Part shown: piece after piece, positions 1 through 7,764 of the stretch
Layout: each line of letters begins with the position of its first letter
How positions within the stretch are numbered: position 1 is the first letter of the stretch
Assembly: GCF_000014785.1 (NCBI RefSeq)
Contig: NC_008340.1
Coordinates: forward strand, 3,030,001-3,062,000
From: Alkalilimnicola ehrlichii MLHE-1
GTDB lineage: Bacteria > Pseudomonadota > Gammaproteobacteria > Nitrococcales > Halorhodospiraceae
Direction of reading: 5' to 3'
DNA length: 32,000 nt
The notes under the pieces: model-generated
Told to the model about the DNA's origin: nothing
The model's database searches: none
Seen by the model: the letters and a program-made list of their open reading frames with translations, nothing else
Made by a program: the position numbers and the translations under genes

Positions 1-528
1 CCGGTGCCCGTGGCCATCAACCTCTCTGCCAAGCAGTTCTGGCAGGACGAACTGCCCGGCTTCATCCGGAAGATGCTGCAGCGTTGCGATTTAAACCCGG
101 GGCTGATGGGTTTTGAGCTGACCGAGAGCACGCTAATGCACGATATCGAGCGTGGGCTCGACACCCTGGCGGCATTACGGGGGATGGGCTGCAGCGTGGC
201 CATCGACGACTTTGGTACCGGCTATTCCTCGCTGACCTACCTGCAGCGGTTGCCGGTGACCACCCTGAAGATCGACCGTAGCTTCGTTAGCGACCTGGGC
301 ACGTGCCGGAAGGGAGGCTGTGCCATCGTGGCGGCGGTCACCGGGCTGGCACGCGAACTGGAATTGCAGGTGGTGGCCGAGGGTGTGGAGACCGAGGCCC
401 AGCTCCGCGCCCTGGACCGCTACCAGGTGGCATTGGTTCAAGGGTTCAAGACCGGCCGCCCGGTCCCAGCCGATGCCTTCAGCGAGGCCTACCTGCGAGC
501 GATGACAAGCGGCCGGGACGGGGATTGA
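1..528 (+). CDS. EAL-domain cyclic-di-GMP phosphodiesterase, C-terminal fragment (5' end outside window)
   Basis: Frame 1 is open from base 1 to TGA 526-528. The translation carries EAL-domain C-terminal signatures (ELTES, DDFGTGYSSLTYLQRLPVTTLKIDRSFV, AEGVETEAQ). The GTG at 4 in the ORF track is only an internal codon. Confidence 0.85.
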   Translation, partial: PVPVAINLSAKQFWQDELPGFIRKMLQRCDLNPGLMGFELTESTLMHDIERGLDTLAALRGMGCSVAIDDFGTGYSSLTYLQRLPVTTLKIDRSFVSDLGTCRKGGCAIVAAVTGLARELELQVVAEGVETEAQLRALDRYQVALVQGFKTGRPVPADAFSEAYLRAMTSGRDGD

Positions 529-546
529 TCCGCTGCCCAAACGCAA

Positions 547-573
547 GAAAGCCCCGCACAGGGCGGGGCTTTC
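547..573. terminator. Hairpin between convergent EAL gene and csp gene (probable bidirectional terminator)
   Basis: Perfect 11-bp stem GAAAGCCCCGC (547-557) / GCGGGGCTTTC (563-573) with a 5-nt loop. On the minus strand it is followed by a T-rich tail (TTGCGTTTGGG). Confidence 0.5.
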
Positions 574-614
574 TCAGGGCAGACCCGGCGCGCAGCCGGG
601 TCAGTCAGCACGCC

Positions 615-818
615 TTACAGCGCGGAGACGTTGGCCGCGGCCAGGCCCTTCGGGGTGTTTTGGGTCTCGAACTGGACCTGCTGCCCCTCGGCCAGGCTCT
701 TGAAGCCGGAGCCGTTGATGGCGGAGTGGTGGACGAACACGTCCTTGCCGCCGTCGGTGGGGGTGATGAAGCCGAAGCCCTTAGCGTCGTCGAACCACTT
801 AACAGTACCGGTGATCAT
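615..818 (-). CDS. cspA: Cold-shock protein, CspA family (67 aa)
   Basis: [34 protein letters not shown] carries the RNP1/RNP2 motifs (KGFGFI, VFVHHS). ATG at 818-816 is preceded by GAGGAAAG. The 104-aa ORF in the track is an upstream over-extension. Confidence 0.93.
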   Translation of the reverse strand: MITGTVKWFDDAKGFGFITPTDGGKDVFVHHSAINGSGFKSLAEGQQVQFETQNTPKGLAAANVSAL

Positions 819-1105
819 GGATAGTCTTTCCTCGTTTGATCGTATCTTGCGGTGTTGCAGGTGTTGCTGAAGGACAAACGGGAGTGACGACCACGGTGGG
901 GTACTGCCGAACGCGCTACAGAACATCAACTGCAGGTCCGACTATACCCGCTGCGCCGGGAAACGCAAACATTTTTTTTGCTCCGGAGTACAATAGGCAT
1001 TTACCATAAATGACAATGGGTTTTCAGCTATCCCCGGAACCGGATAGCCCCTGTTGCGGCGCCAACCCCGCTGGGGCCCAACAGGTCAGCAGGAGGCAGT
1101 GCGCC

Positions 1106-2089
1106 ATGTCGCCCAACCCCCCCGGCGCGGAACCGGCCCAGGTTCTGCCCGGACGAAACGATCAGGCAGCGTTCGGTGGCCGCGCGCTGGTCCTCGCGCT
1201 GTGGGCGGAATCCCAGTACGCCCTGCGTGACGGCACCTACAGCTACTGGTCCCGGTTGCCGGCGCCGTTCGAGCGCGATGCCATTTACCGGCTCGCCCAC
1301 AAACTGTGCCACGAGCCCCTGCCACCCGAGCGCCAGCACCAGCTGATCGAGGCCGGCCGAAAGATCCATGCCCACGAAGGCCGATTCGCCGACGCCCCAC
1401 CGGTAGGCGACAATATGGAGCTGGAGTTCTACGGTCGCCTGCTGCGCAGCCTGGAGCGGGTAGTCGACGACCACTACCGGGGCGAGAACTCCTTCACGCC
1501 TCCGCCGAAGGGCCGCCTGATCGTGGGCGCACGGGTACCACTCGGAATGCCCGCCAGCGAGTCGCGCCGGACGCTGCAGGCCTTCACCGACCGGCTGGTG
1601 CAGAGCGCTGAGGTGAGCAAGGTGCCGCTGCGGCTGTTCGACAACGACGGCCTGCCCTGCGACCTGGACGCCCATGCCCTGGGCCGTTACCTGGATCGGG
1701 CGGAGGGCAAGCCCAGCCTGACCATCCTGATGGGCTACAACCGCCACCTGGACCCGCTGGACCCCCAACCCTCTCTCTATCGCGACAGGCTGGTGCAGCT
1801 AACCGCTCAGGCCGATGTGATCTTCAAACCCCTGCGGCCCCACGTGGTGGTCACCACCGATTTCGTGCCTCAATTGCTGCGCCGTGGCAACGTCCCGTTG
1901 TGGAACCGGGACACCCTGCTGAGTGACGACGACGCCGCCGTGCTGGAGCAACTGGGTGTGCAGCTGTTCGAAGAGGAACGCCCGCGGTTGCTCGAATCCC
2001 TGGCCCTACACGGCAAAAAGGGGACATCGGAGGAGGGCAAGAAGGAGACCTCCCAGGCGGATCGCCTGCGCAACCTGCGGATCCTCTAA
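1106..2089 (+). CDS. Hypothetical protein, no family recognised (327 aa from ATG 1106; 359 aa if ATG 1010 is used)
   Basis: Long ORF with GC-rich third positions. AGGAGG at 1091-1096 lies 9 nt before ATG 1106, whereas ATG 1010 has no Shine-Dalgarno sequence. The C-terminus is Lys/Glu-rich. No motif I can name. Confidence 0.55.
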   Translation: MSPNPPGAEPAQVLPGRNDQAAFGGRALVLALWAESQYALRDGTYSYWSRLPAPFERDAIYRLAHKLCHEPLPPERQHQLIEAGRKIHAHEGRFADAPPVGDNMELEFYGRLLRSLERVVDDHYRGENSFTPPPKGRLIVGARVPLGMPASESRRTLQAFTDRLVQSAEVSKVPLRLFDNDGLPCDLDAHALGRYLDRAEGKPSLTILMGYNRHLDPLDPQPSLYRDRLVQLTAQADVIFKPLRPHVVVTTDFVPQLLRRGNVPLWNRDTLLSDDDAAVLEQLGVQLFEEERPRLLESLALHGKKGTSEEGKKETSQADRLRNLRIL

Positions 2090-2250
2090 AGCCTCCCCGG
2101 GGTCTGAGTGTTCACAACCATCCCCCCTAATCTTCCTCATAATCATCTGATCCTGCACTTGCCTCCTGTTGCGCCTGCGGCTCAACAACGTCGTGATACC
2201 AGAGGGCAATCTGAGCCCCCGCCTCGAACGGGCCATGTGGGCGCGTCGTG

Positions 2251-2256
2251 TATAAT
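2251..2256 (+). promoter_or_regulatory. Candidate -10 box (TATAAT) upstream of the epimerase gene
   Basis: Perfect TATAAT 46 nt before ATG 2302. No convincing -35 hexamer at 16-18 nt spacing. Confidence 0.25.
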
Positions 2257-2301
2257 CCCGACGGATCAGAGGCACGACGGCATCAAGGCACGGGATACCC
2301 T

Positions 2302-3309
2302 ATGAAACACCTGATTACCGGCGCGGCCGGCTTCATCGGCTACCACACCGCCCAGGCGCTGCTGGCTCGCGGCGACGAGGTCGTCGGCCTGGACAACCTC
2401 AATGACTATTACGACCCACGGCTCAAACGGGCACGCCTGGCCCGGCTCGAGGGGCAGCCGGGCTTCCGCTTCGTCAAGCTGGATCTGGCCGACCGGGCCG
2501 GAATGGCCGAACTGTTCCGCGCGGAACGCTTCCAACGGGTGATCCACCTGGCCGCCCAGGCGGGCGTGCGCCACTCGCTCACCGACCCCTACAGCTATGT
2601 AGACAGCAACGTGAGCGGCACGCTGAACGTGCTTGAGGGTTGCCGCTACAACGACGTGGAGCACCTCACCTACGCCTCCACCAGTTCGGTCTACGGGGCC
2701 CACGAGGACATGCCCTTCACCGAGCACCGGCATACCGACCACCCGCTGGCCATCTATGCGGCGACGAAGAAGGCCACGGAACACATGGCCCACAGCTACG
2801 CCCACCTTTACGGGCTGCCTTGCACCGGGTTGCGCTTCTTCACCGTCTACGGCCCCTGGGGCCGCCCCGACATGGCGCTGTTCCTGTTCACCCGCAAGAT
2901 CCTCGCCGGTGAGCCCATCGACATCTACAACAACGGCGATCACGGCCGGGATTTCACCTATGTGGATGACATTGTCGACGGCGTCATCCGCGCCTCTGAC
3001 CGGGTGGCCCGCCGCAATCCGGAGTGGGACCCGAAGCGGCCGGACACGGCCACATCCAATGCCCCCTGGCGGATCTACAACATCGGCGCCAACCGTCCGG
3101 TCCGCCTGATGCACTACGTCGAGGTGCTGGAGGAGGCCCTGGGACGCAAGGCGGAGAAAAACTTCCTGCCGCTGCAACCGGGTGATGTGCCAGAGACCCA
3201 CGCCGATGTCTCGGCGCTGGCCCAGGATACCGGGTATTCACCCAAGGTGTCGGTGGAGGAGGGCATCCGCCGCTTCGTCGACTGGTACCGGGAATACCAC
3301 CACGTCTAG
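2302..3309 (+). CDS. NAD-dependent nucleotide-sugar epimerase (UDP-glucuronate 4-epimerase-like, SDR family)
   Basis: [15 protein letters not shown] Rossmann GxxGxxG motif, catalytic YAATKKA (YxxxK), and overall resemblance to CapI/WbnF/LpsL-type epimerases. Start moved to ATG 2302 (M19 of the track ORF). Confidence 0.9.
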   Translation: MKHLITGAAGFIGYHTAQALLARGDEVVGLDNLNDYYDPRLKRARLARLEGQPGFRFVKLDLADRAGMAELFRAERFQRVIHLAAQAGVRHSLTDPYSYVDSNVSGTLNVLEGCRYNDVEHLTYASTSSVYGAHEDMPFTEHRHTDHPLAIYAATKKATEHMAHSYAHLYGLPCTGLRFFTVYGPWGRPDMALFLFTRKILAGEPIDIYNNGDHGRDFTYVDDIVDGVIRASDRVARRNPEWDPKRPDTATSNAPWRIYNIGANRPVRLMHYVEVLEEALGRKAEKNFLPLQPGDVPETHADVSALAQDTGYSPKVSVEEGIRRFVDWYREYHHV

Positions 3310-3339
3310 CGCTCGCCTCCTGTCAGGGCTGCCTCCTTG

Positions 3340-3449
3340 GTCATCACGCACGAGGGCCGAAGGCTTTCCCCCGTCATCGCGAGGGCCGAAGGCCCGTGGC
3401 GATCCAGAGCGGTAGACTGCCACGTCGGCTTCGCCTCCTCGCAGTGACG
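3340..3449. repeat. REP-like imperfect palindromic elements (GTCATC..CGAGGGCCGAAGGC units)
   Basis: Direct copies at 3340-3364 and 3373-3393. The second copy pairs imperfectly with 3419-3449 (CGTGGC 3395-3400 / GCCACG 3419-3424, then GCTTCGCCTCCTCGCAGTGAC). Confidence 0.6.
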
Positions 3450-3548
3450 GTGGGGGTGGGGCCGCGTTCGCAGTGACGGTGGGGGTGGGGCCGCGTTCGC
3501 AGTGACGGTGGGCGTGGGGCCGCGCTCGCAGTGACGGTGGGGGCGACC
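3441..3548. repeat. 29-bp head-to-tail tandem repeat, about 3.7 copies
   Basis: GCAGTGACGGTGGGGGTGGGGCCGCGTTC occurs at 3441-3469 and identically at 3470-3498. A 2-mismatch copy lies at 3499-3527 and a partial copy runs from 3528. There are no spacers. Confidence 0.9.
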
Positions 3549-3592
3549 TTCCGCTTCCGGCAAAGTCCAGTTCTTCAAGAGGAGCAAAGCGA

Positions 3593-3641
3593 CGAAGCAA
3601 TCCATACGCCTGATGCCGCCGACGGGGTATGGATTGCTTCG
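3593..3641. repeat. 15-bp perfect inverted repeat (stem-loop), part of the REP-like cluster
   Basis: CGAAGCAATCCATAC (3593-3607) and GTATGGATTGCTTCG (3627-3641) with a 19-nt loop. It is followed by CTGCGCTCGCAATGAC, which resembles the other units in inverted orientation. Confidence 0.75.
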
Positions 3642-3707
3642 CTGCGCTCGCAATGACAGAGTTGGTGCGCCCGCACTTCCCGATTTCAACCACGCAGGAG
3701 TCACGCG

Positions 3708-5105
3708 TTGTCGGCAAGCCCTGCAGAGCGCCCGAACACTGAGTTGACCGGCCTGCGCGTCTATCTGCACCCTCGGGTCATTGGCATGGCCTTCCTCGGC
3801 TTTTCAGCCGGTCTGCCGCTGCTGCTGGTCGGGGGCACCTTCACCGCCTGGCTGCAGGACCTGGGGGTGCAGTTGGCGGCCATCGGGTTCCTGAGCTGGG
3901 TGGGCATGGCCCACAGCATCAAGGTGCTTTGGGCCCCCTTTGTCGATCGCCTGCAACTGCCCCTGCTGACCCGCTGGTTCGGTCGGCGGCGGGCCTGGAT
4001 GCTGCTTGCGCAGGCGGTGATCGCCGCCTCCCTGGCCGGCATGGCGCTCACCGACCCGGTGGCCCATCTAGGCTGGGTGGCGGTCTTCGCCGTGGGCGCC
4101 GCCTTCGGCTCGGCCACCCAGGATGTGGCCATCGACGCCTACCGGGTGGAGGCGGTGGCCCGCCACCGGCAGGGCGCCATGGCCGCCACCTACGTGTTCG
4201 GTTACCGGGTCGCGTTGCTCACCGCCGGCGCCGGGGCCCTCCACCTGGCAGCGTGGGGCGACTGGGCGGTGGCCTATGGCGCCATGGCGCTGCTGATGGG
4301 CGTGGGGCTCTGCACCACCCTGATCATCCGCGAGCCGGAGGTGGCCATCAGCCAGGATACCCGGCAGATGGAGCAGCGGGTCACCGAATACCTAGAGCGC
4401 ACCGCGCATACCGGCCTGCGCCGCAACGTCACGGCCTGGTTGATCGGCGCGGTGCTTTGCCCCTTTGCGGACTTTTTCAAACGCTTCGGCCTGGGTACGG
4501 CGGTGATCATCCTGCTGTTCATCGCCACGTTTCGCATCAGCGATATCTTCATGGGGGTGATGGCTAACCCCTTCTACCTGGACCTGGGCTTCACCAAGGA
4601 GCAGATCGCAAACGTGGCCGCGGCCTTCGGACTGGCCATGACGCTGTTCGGGGCGGCGCTGGGCGGCGTACTGGTCAACCGCTACGGCATTGCGCCAATG
4701 CTGATCTTTACCGCGATCATGGCGCCGTTGACCAACCTCACCTTCTCCTGGCTGGCCACCCTGGGCCCGGAGCTGTACGGCCTGGTGGCGGCCATCGTGG
4801 CGGACAACGTCACCGGCGGCCTGGCCATCTCCGTGTTCATCGCCTATCTCTCCAGTCTCACCAACACCGCCTACACCGCCACCCAGTACGCCCTGTTCAG
4901 TTCGCTGATGACCCTTCCCGGGCAGTTCATGGGCGGGTTCACCGGACTGGTGGCGGAGCAGGTGGGCTGGATCAGCTTCTTCGTGATCTCCGCGGGCATG
5001 GGCCTGCCCGCGATCCTCCTGGCCGCACTACTGCTCCGCCTGGCCCATCCCGACCGCATCCGGCAGCCGGGCAAGAACGGCGTAGAGCGGCCGGACCCGG
5101 CCTGA
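3708..5105 (+). CDS. ampG: AmpG-family muropeptide/anhydromuropeptide permease (MFS)
   Basis: N-terminus LRVYLHPRVIGMAFLGFSAGLPLLLVGGTFTAWL...KVLWAPFVDR parallels E. coli AmpG (LRIFQQPR..LGFASGLPLAL..FLWSPLMDRY). Multi-TM protein throughout. TTG 3708 is preceded by AGGAG (3696-3700) at 7 nt. Confidence 0.85.
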   Translation: MSASPAERPNTELTGLRVYLHPRVIGMAFLGFSAGLPLLLVGGTFTAWLQDLGVQLAAIGFLSWVGMAHSIKVLWAPFVDRLQLPLLTRWFGRRRAWMLLAQAVIAASLAGMALTDPVAHLGWVAVFAVGAAFGSATQDVAIDAYRVEAVARHRQGAMAATYVFGYRVALLTAGAGALHLAAWGDWAVAYGAMALLMGVGLCTTLIIREPEVAISQDTRQMEQRVTEYLERTAHTGLRRNVTAWLIGAVLCPFADFFKRFGLGTAVIILLFIATFRISDIFMGVMANPFYLDLGFTKEQIANVAAAFGLAMTLFGAALGGVLVNRYGIAPMLIFTAIMAPLTNLTFSWLATLGPELYGLVAAIVADNVTGGLAISVFIAYLSSLTNTAYTATQYALFSSLMTLPGQFMGGFTGLVAEQVGWISFFVISAGMGLPAILLAALLLRLAHPDRIRQPGKNGVERPDPA

Positions 5106-5227
5106 ACGCACGCCGCAACAGGGCGCATCAATGACCGCGATAGGGAACCTGTACCCCAGGTGCGGGCCGCAAGGCGCTAGAATAATATTTATTGAATATA
5201 TTGACTGTGAAAGACCAGGAGGCCTGC

Positions 5228-5966
5228 ATGAGAGACTTCGGGATCTCGAAGGGCGCGCCGGAGGTAGTGGCGTTTTTCGATCCGCGCACCTTCAGCGTGC
5301 AATACATCGCGGTCGACCCCGGCAGCCGGCTACCTGAGGGCGCAGTTGGGGGCGCCCACCGCCATCGGCGACCACGTCACCGAGGTCCAGGCCTTGTGGC
5401 GCGACTATTACAACCTGAAGGATCTGGCCACCGACGGCTCCCAGTGGGACCGGCTGTTCGCAGACGGTGAGACCTTCCCGGTGGGCGAGCTGCAGGCCCG
5501 GGTGATGTTCTCGCCCGGCCACACCCTCGCCTCGGTGACCTATGTGATCGGCGACGCGGCCTTCGTACACGACACACTCTTCCAACCGGACTTCGGCACC
5601 GCCCGTGCCGATTTCCCCGGCGGCGACTCCGGCCAACTCTGGCAGAGCATCCAGGCCATCCTCGCCCTACCCGATGACACCCGGCTGTTCACCGGACACG
5701 ACTACATGCCGGGGGGCCGCGAGCCGGCCTGGGAGAGCACCGTGGCGGAGCAGAAGCGCAGCAACATCCACTTGGTCCGGGCACCGGACAAGGCCCGCTT
5801 CTCCCGCCTTCGGGATGAGCGCGACGCCACCCTGCCCATGCCCAAACTGATCCTGCACGCCTTGCAGGTAAACATACGCGGCGGGCGACTGCCCGAACCC
5901 GAGGACAACGGTCGCCGCTACCTGCGCATCCCGCTGGACGTGCTGCAGGGGGCCCGCTGGGAGTGA
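5228..5966 (+). pseudogene. MBL-fold metallo-hydrolase (persulfide-dioxygenase/Blh-like family) with internal deletion plus frameshift
   Basis: ATG 5228 has AGGAGG upstream and encodes the family N-terminus (PEVVAFFDPRTFSVQYIAVDPGS). Near 5321-5330 the reading frame changes from frame 2 to frame 3. It resumes at ..YLRAQLGAPTAIGDHVTEVQ, continues through GHT, GHDY and LILHALQVNIRGG, and ends at 5966. The segment that normally carries HxHxDH is absent. 739 nt is not a multiple of 3. Confidence 0.7.
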
Positions 5967-5975
5967 ACCCTGCCC

Positions 5976-7223
5976 TCAGGCGGGGCCCGGGTGGCGCAGG
6001 GGGGCGGCCTGGTCCAGCCGCGGATGGTGTTCGCGAAAGCGCCGACGCAGCGCCTCCGGGTCCGTGCCGGCGGCGTCCAGCGCCAGGGCCGCCTCCACCA
6101 CACCGTGCAGGGCCGCGAGCACATCCGAGGTGTGGCCGGTCTCGGAGATGGTGTGCATGTTGCGGATGGGGATGCCCACTGAGGCAGCGGCGCAGTCAAC
6201 ATTGGCCAGCACCCCGGCCATGCCGTCCGTGCCGGTATCCGGACCCACCACGTCACGCTGGCTGGGGATCCCACGGCTCCGAGCCCCCTCCTCGATCACT
6301 TGGTTCAACTGCTCACTGACGATGGAGCCCACCGACAGGCTAAAGCCCTTGCCCATCTCCAAGGGCGGCAGCCGCCGGTCACTCACCTGCGGGGCGGCCC
6401 GATAATCATGCTCCACGTCCACCGCGATCAGGGCATCCGGCCGGTAGTGGGCCGCCAGCACCCGGCTGCCGAAGCAGCCGATCTCCTCATACCCGGCAAT
6501 GGCGAACAACACACGGATGCTCGCCGGGGCGCCGGCCTCCACCAGCAGCCGGGCGGCCTCGGCCGTGACGAAGCTGCCCAGGCCGTTGTCCAGGTAGGCG
6601 CCGTAAAAGGTATTCGGGCTGAAGCCGCGCCGGATGGGCCGGTTGAGCAGCAGGGTATCGCCGGGCCGGACCCCCAGGTGCTCCACCTGGGCCTTGCGGT
6701 CATCGCCGTGCACCTGCAGCTCCAGGTAGAGCTGTTCTTTCTTCACCCCCTTTTCGCCACTGCGCAGCTCCGGCTCGGCGAAGTGGATGGCGCCGAGGGC
6801 CTCCACCGTGCCCCCGTCGATCACCCGGTAGTGGCCCGGACGGCCGGGGTTCTCGGTGAACAGGCGCACCTCGTGGCCGATCAGGGTGGCGGGCAGAAAG
6901 CCGTCGCTGTTGATCCAGACCTTGCCGTCGTCGCCGATACTCCGGACCTGCAGGCGGATCTTGTCGGCGTGACCGACAATCATGAGCCGGAAGCGCTCGT
7001 CGTCACCGGGATGGGTGTCCAGCACGATACCGGCGTGTCCCTGGAACCGCTGCAGTTGCCAGCTCTCTGGGGCAAAGGAGCGGAAATGGGGGCAGAGCAC
7101 GCCCTCCGTCATGGCCGCCTCCAGTCCCACGGGGCTGGGCGCTGCAAGGATCCGGCGCATGAGCTGAAACTGCGCCTCGGGCATGGGCCGGACCCAGGGT
7201 GGCGGAATGGCGTGGTTGGGCAT
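5976..7223 (-). CDS. M42-family metallopeptidase (glutamyl aminopeptidase / endoglucanase-like), 415 aa
   Basis: Motifs IVGHADKI, YLDNGLGS and AGYEEIGCFGS match the M42 metal-ligand blocks (HxDEIG, DDRxG, EEVG). ATG 7223-7221 is preceded by GGAGGAAG. The 552-aa ORF in the track is an over-extension. Confidence 0.85.
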   Translation of the reverse strand: MPNHAIPPPWVRPMPEAQFQLMRRILAAPSPVGLEAAMTEGVLCPHFRSFAPESWQLQRFQGHAGIVLDTHPGDDERFRLMIVGHADKIRLQVRSIGDDGKVWINSDGFLPATLIGHEVRLFTENPGRPGHYRVIDGGTVEALGAIHFAEPELRSGEKGVKKEQLYLELQVHGDDRKAQVEHLGVRPGDTLLLNRPIRRGFSPNTFYGAYLDNGLGSFVTAEAARLLVEAGAPASIRVLFAIAGYEEIGCFGSRVLAAHYRPDALIAVDVEHDYRAAPQVSDRRLPPLEMGKGFSLSVGSIVSEQLNQVIEEGARSRGIPSQRDVVGPDTGTDGMAGVLANVDCAAASVGIPIRNMHTISETGHTSDVLAALHGVVEAALALDAAGTDPEALRRRFREHHPRLDQAAPLRHPGPA

Positions 7224-7764
7224 GGCTGAGGCTTCCTCCGGTCGCTCTGACCTTCTACTATAGTTACTATAATGTTGGCCACGCGCTCCGGCCCGACTGC
7301 GTTCGCCTCTTATACACAGGCCGGGTGAGATTGTTGCGCTGCAAAAGGTGACGGTGGTAATATCATCGCCCGACGGACTTCGGACCTGCCCTGCCGCTGG
7401 CGACCCCGGCCCTGGCAGGCCCGAATTGGCCAGGCATCGGTAAAACGATGAAGGACGGCCACGGGGTATGCGCCGGCTGTAAAGCGGCTTTGGCGCACCT
7501 TGAGCGGTGTGTCCTGCCCAACAGGCCCGCCTCTGAGCAGTGCTGCACAACCTCGCGGCGATATCAGGCTCTTCCCCGTCATGGCACTTCACCGGCCTAA
7601 AGAGCGCCGGAGAGGCCAACCGCACGTCGCACACCGAACCGAGTGCTGCGACCGCCGGGCCGACGGGACCTTTTACACGGCGCGCTGCCGCCCGTCAGCG
7701 GGACCGGCCCTGCGCACCTCAGCGAACGACAGTCACCACCACTGCCAACTGAAAGGTTCAGAGC

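Noticed and set aside
3441-3548. Possible CRISPR array, given a 29-bp repeat length
   Set aside because: The copies are directly head-to-tail with no spacers. There are no cas genes in the window. It is a simple tandem repeat within a REP-like cluster.
3238-3770. Minus-strand ORFs of 159 and 154 aa spanning the repeat spacer
   Set aside because: Their translations are just the repeat units read through (..HRHCERGPTPTVTANAAPPPPSLR..). They have no start context and overlap the epimerase 3' end and the ampG 5' end.
5178-5213. AT-rich patch (TAGAATAATATTTATTGAATATATTGACTG) as a defined operator or promoter for the MBL gene
   Set aside because: I could not place -35/-10 hexamers at proper spacing, and only a 5-bp dyad (AATAT/ATATT) is present. 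It is probably promoter-related, but not specifically supportable.
5346-5966. The 206-aa ORF treated as an intact short MBL gene starting at TTG 5346
   Set aside because: Family-specific N-terminal sequence with its own SD lies upstream in another frame (from 5228). The ORF lacks the HxHxDH motif. It is better explained as the 3' part of a deleted, frameshifted gene.
7582-7596. Sigma-54 promoter-like TGGCAC-N5-CGGC upstream of aceA
   Set aside because: The -24 element is perfect, but the -12 element is CGGC instead of TTGC. No enhancer-binding-protein gene is nearby. A single weak match in GC-rich DNA is expected by chance.
7224-7634. N-terminal 137-codon extension of the M42 peptidase ORF
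   Set aside because: The extension has no similarity to M42 N-termini and is Arg/Ser/Pro-rich. A strong SD (GGAGGAAG) precedes the internal ATG 7223, where the family-like sequence begins.
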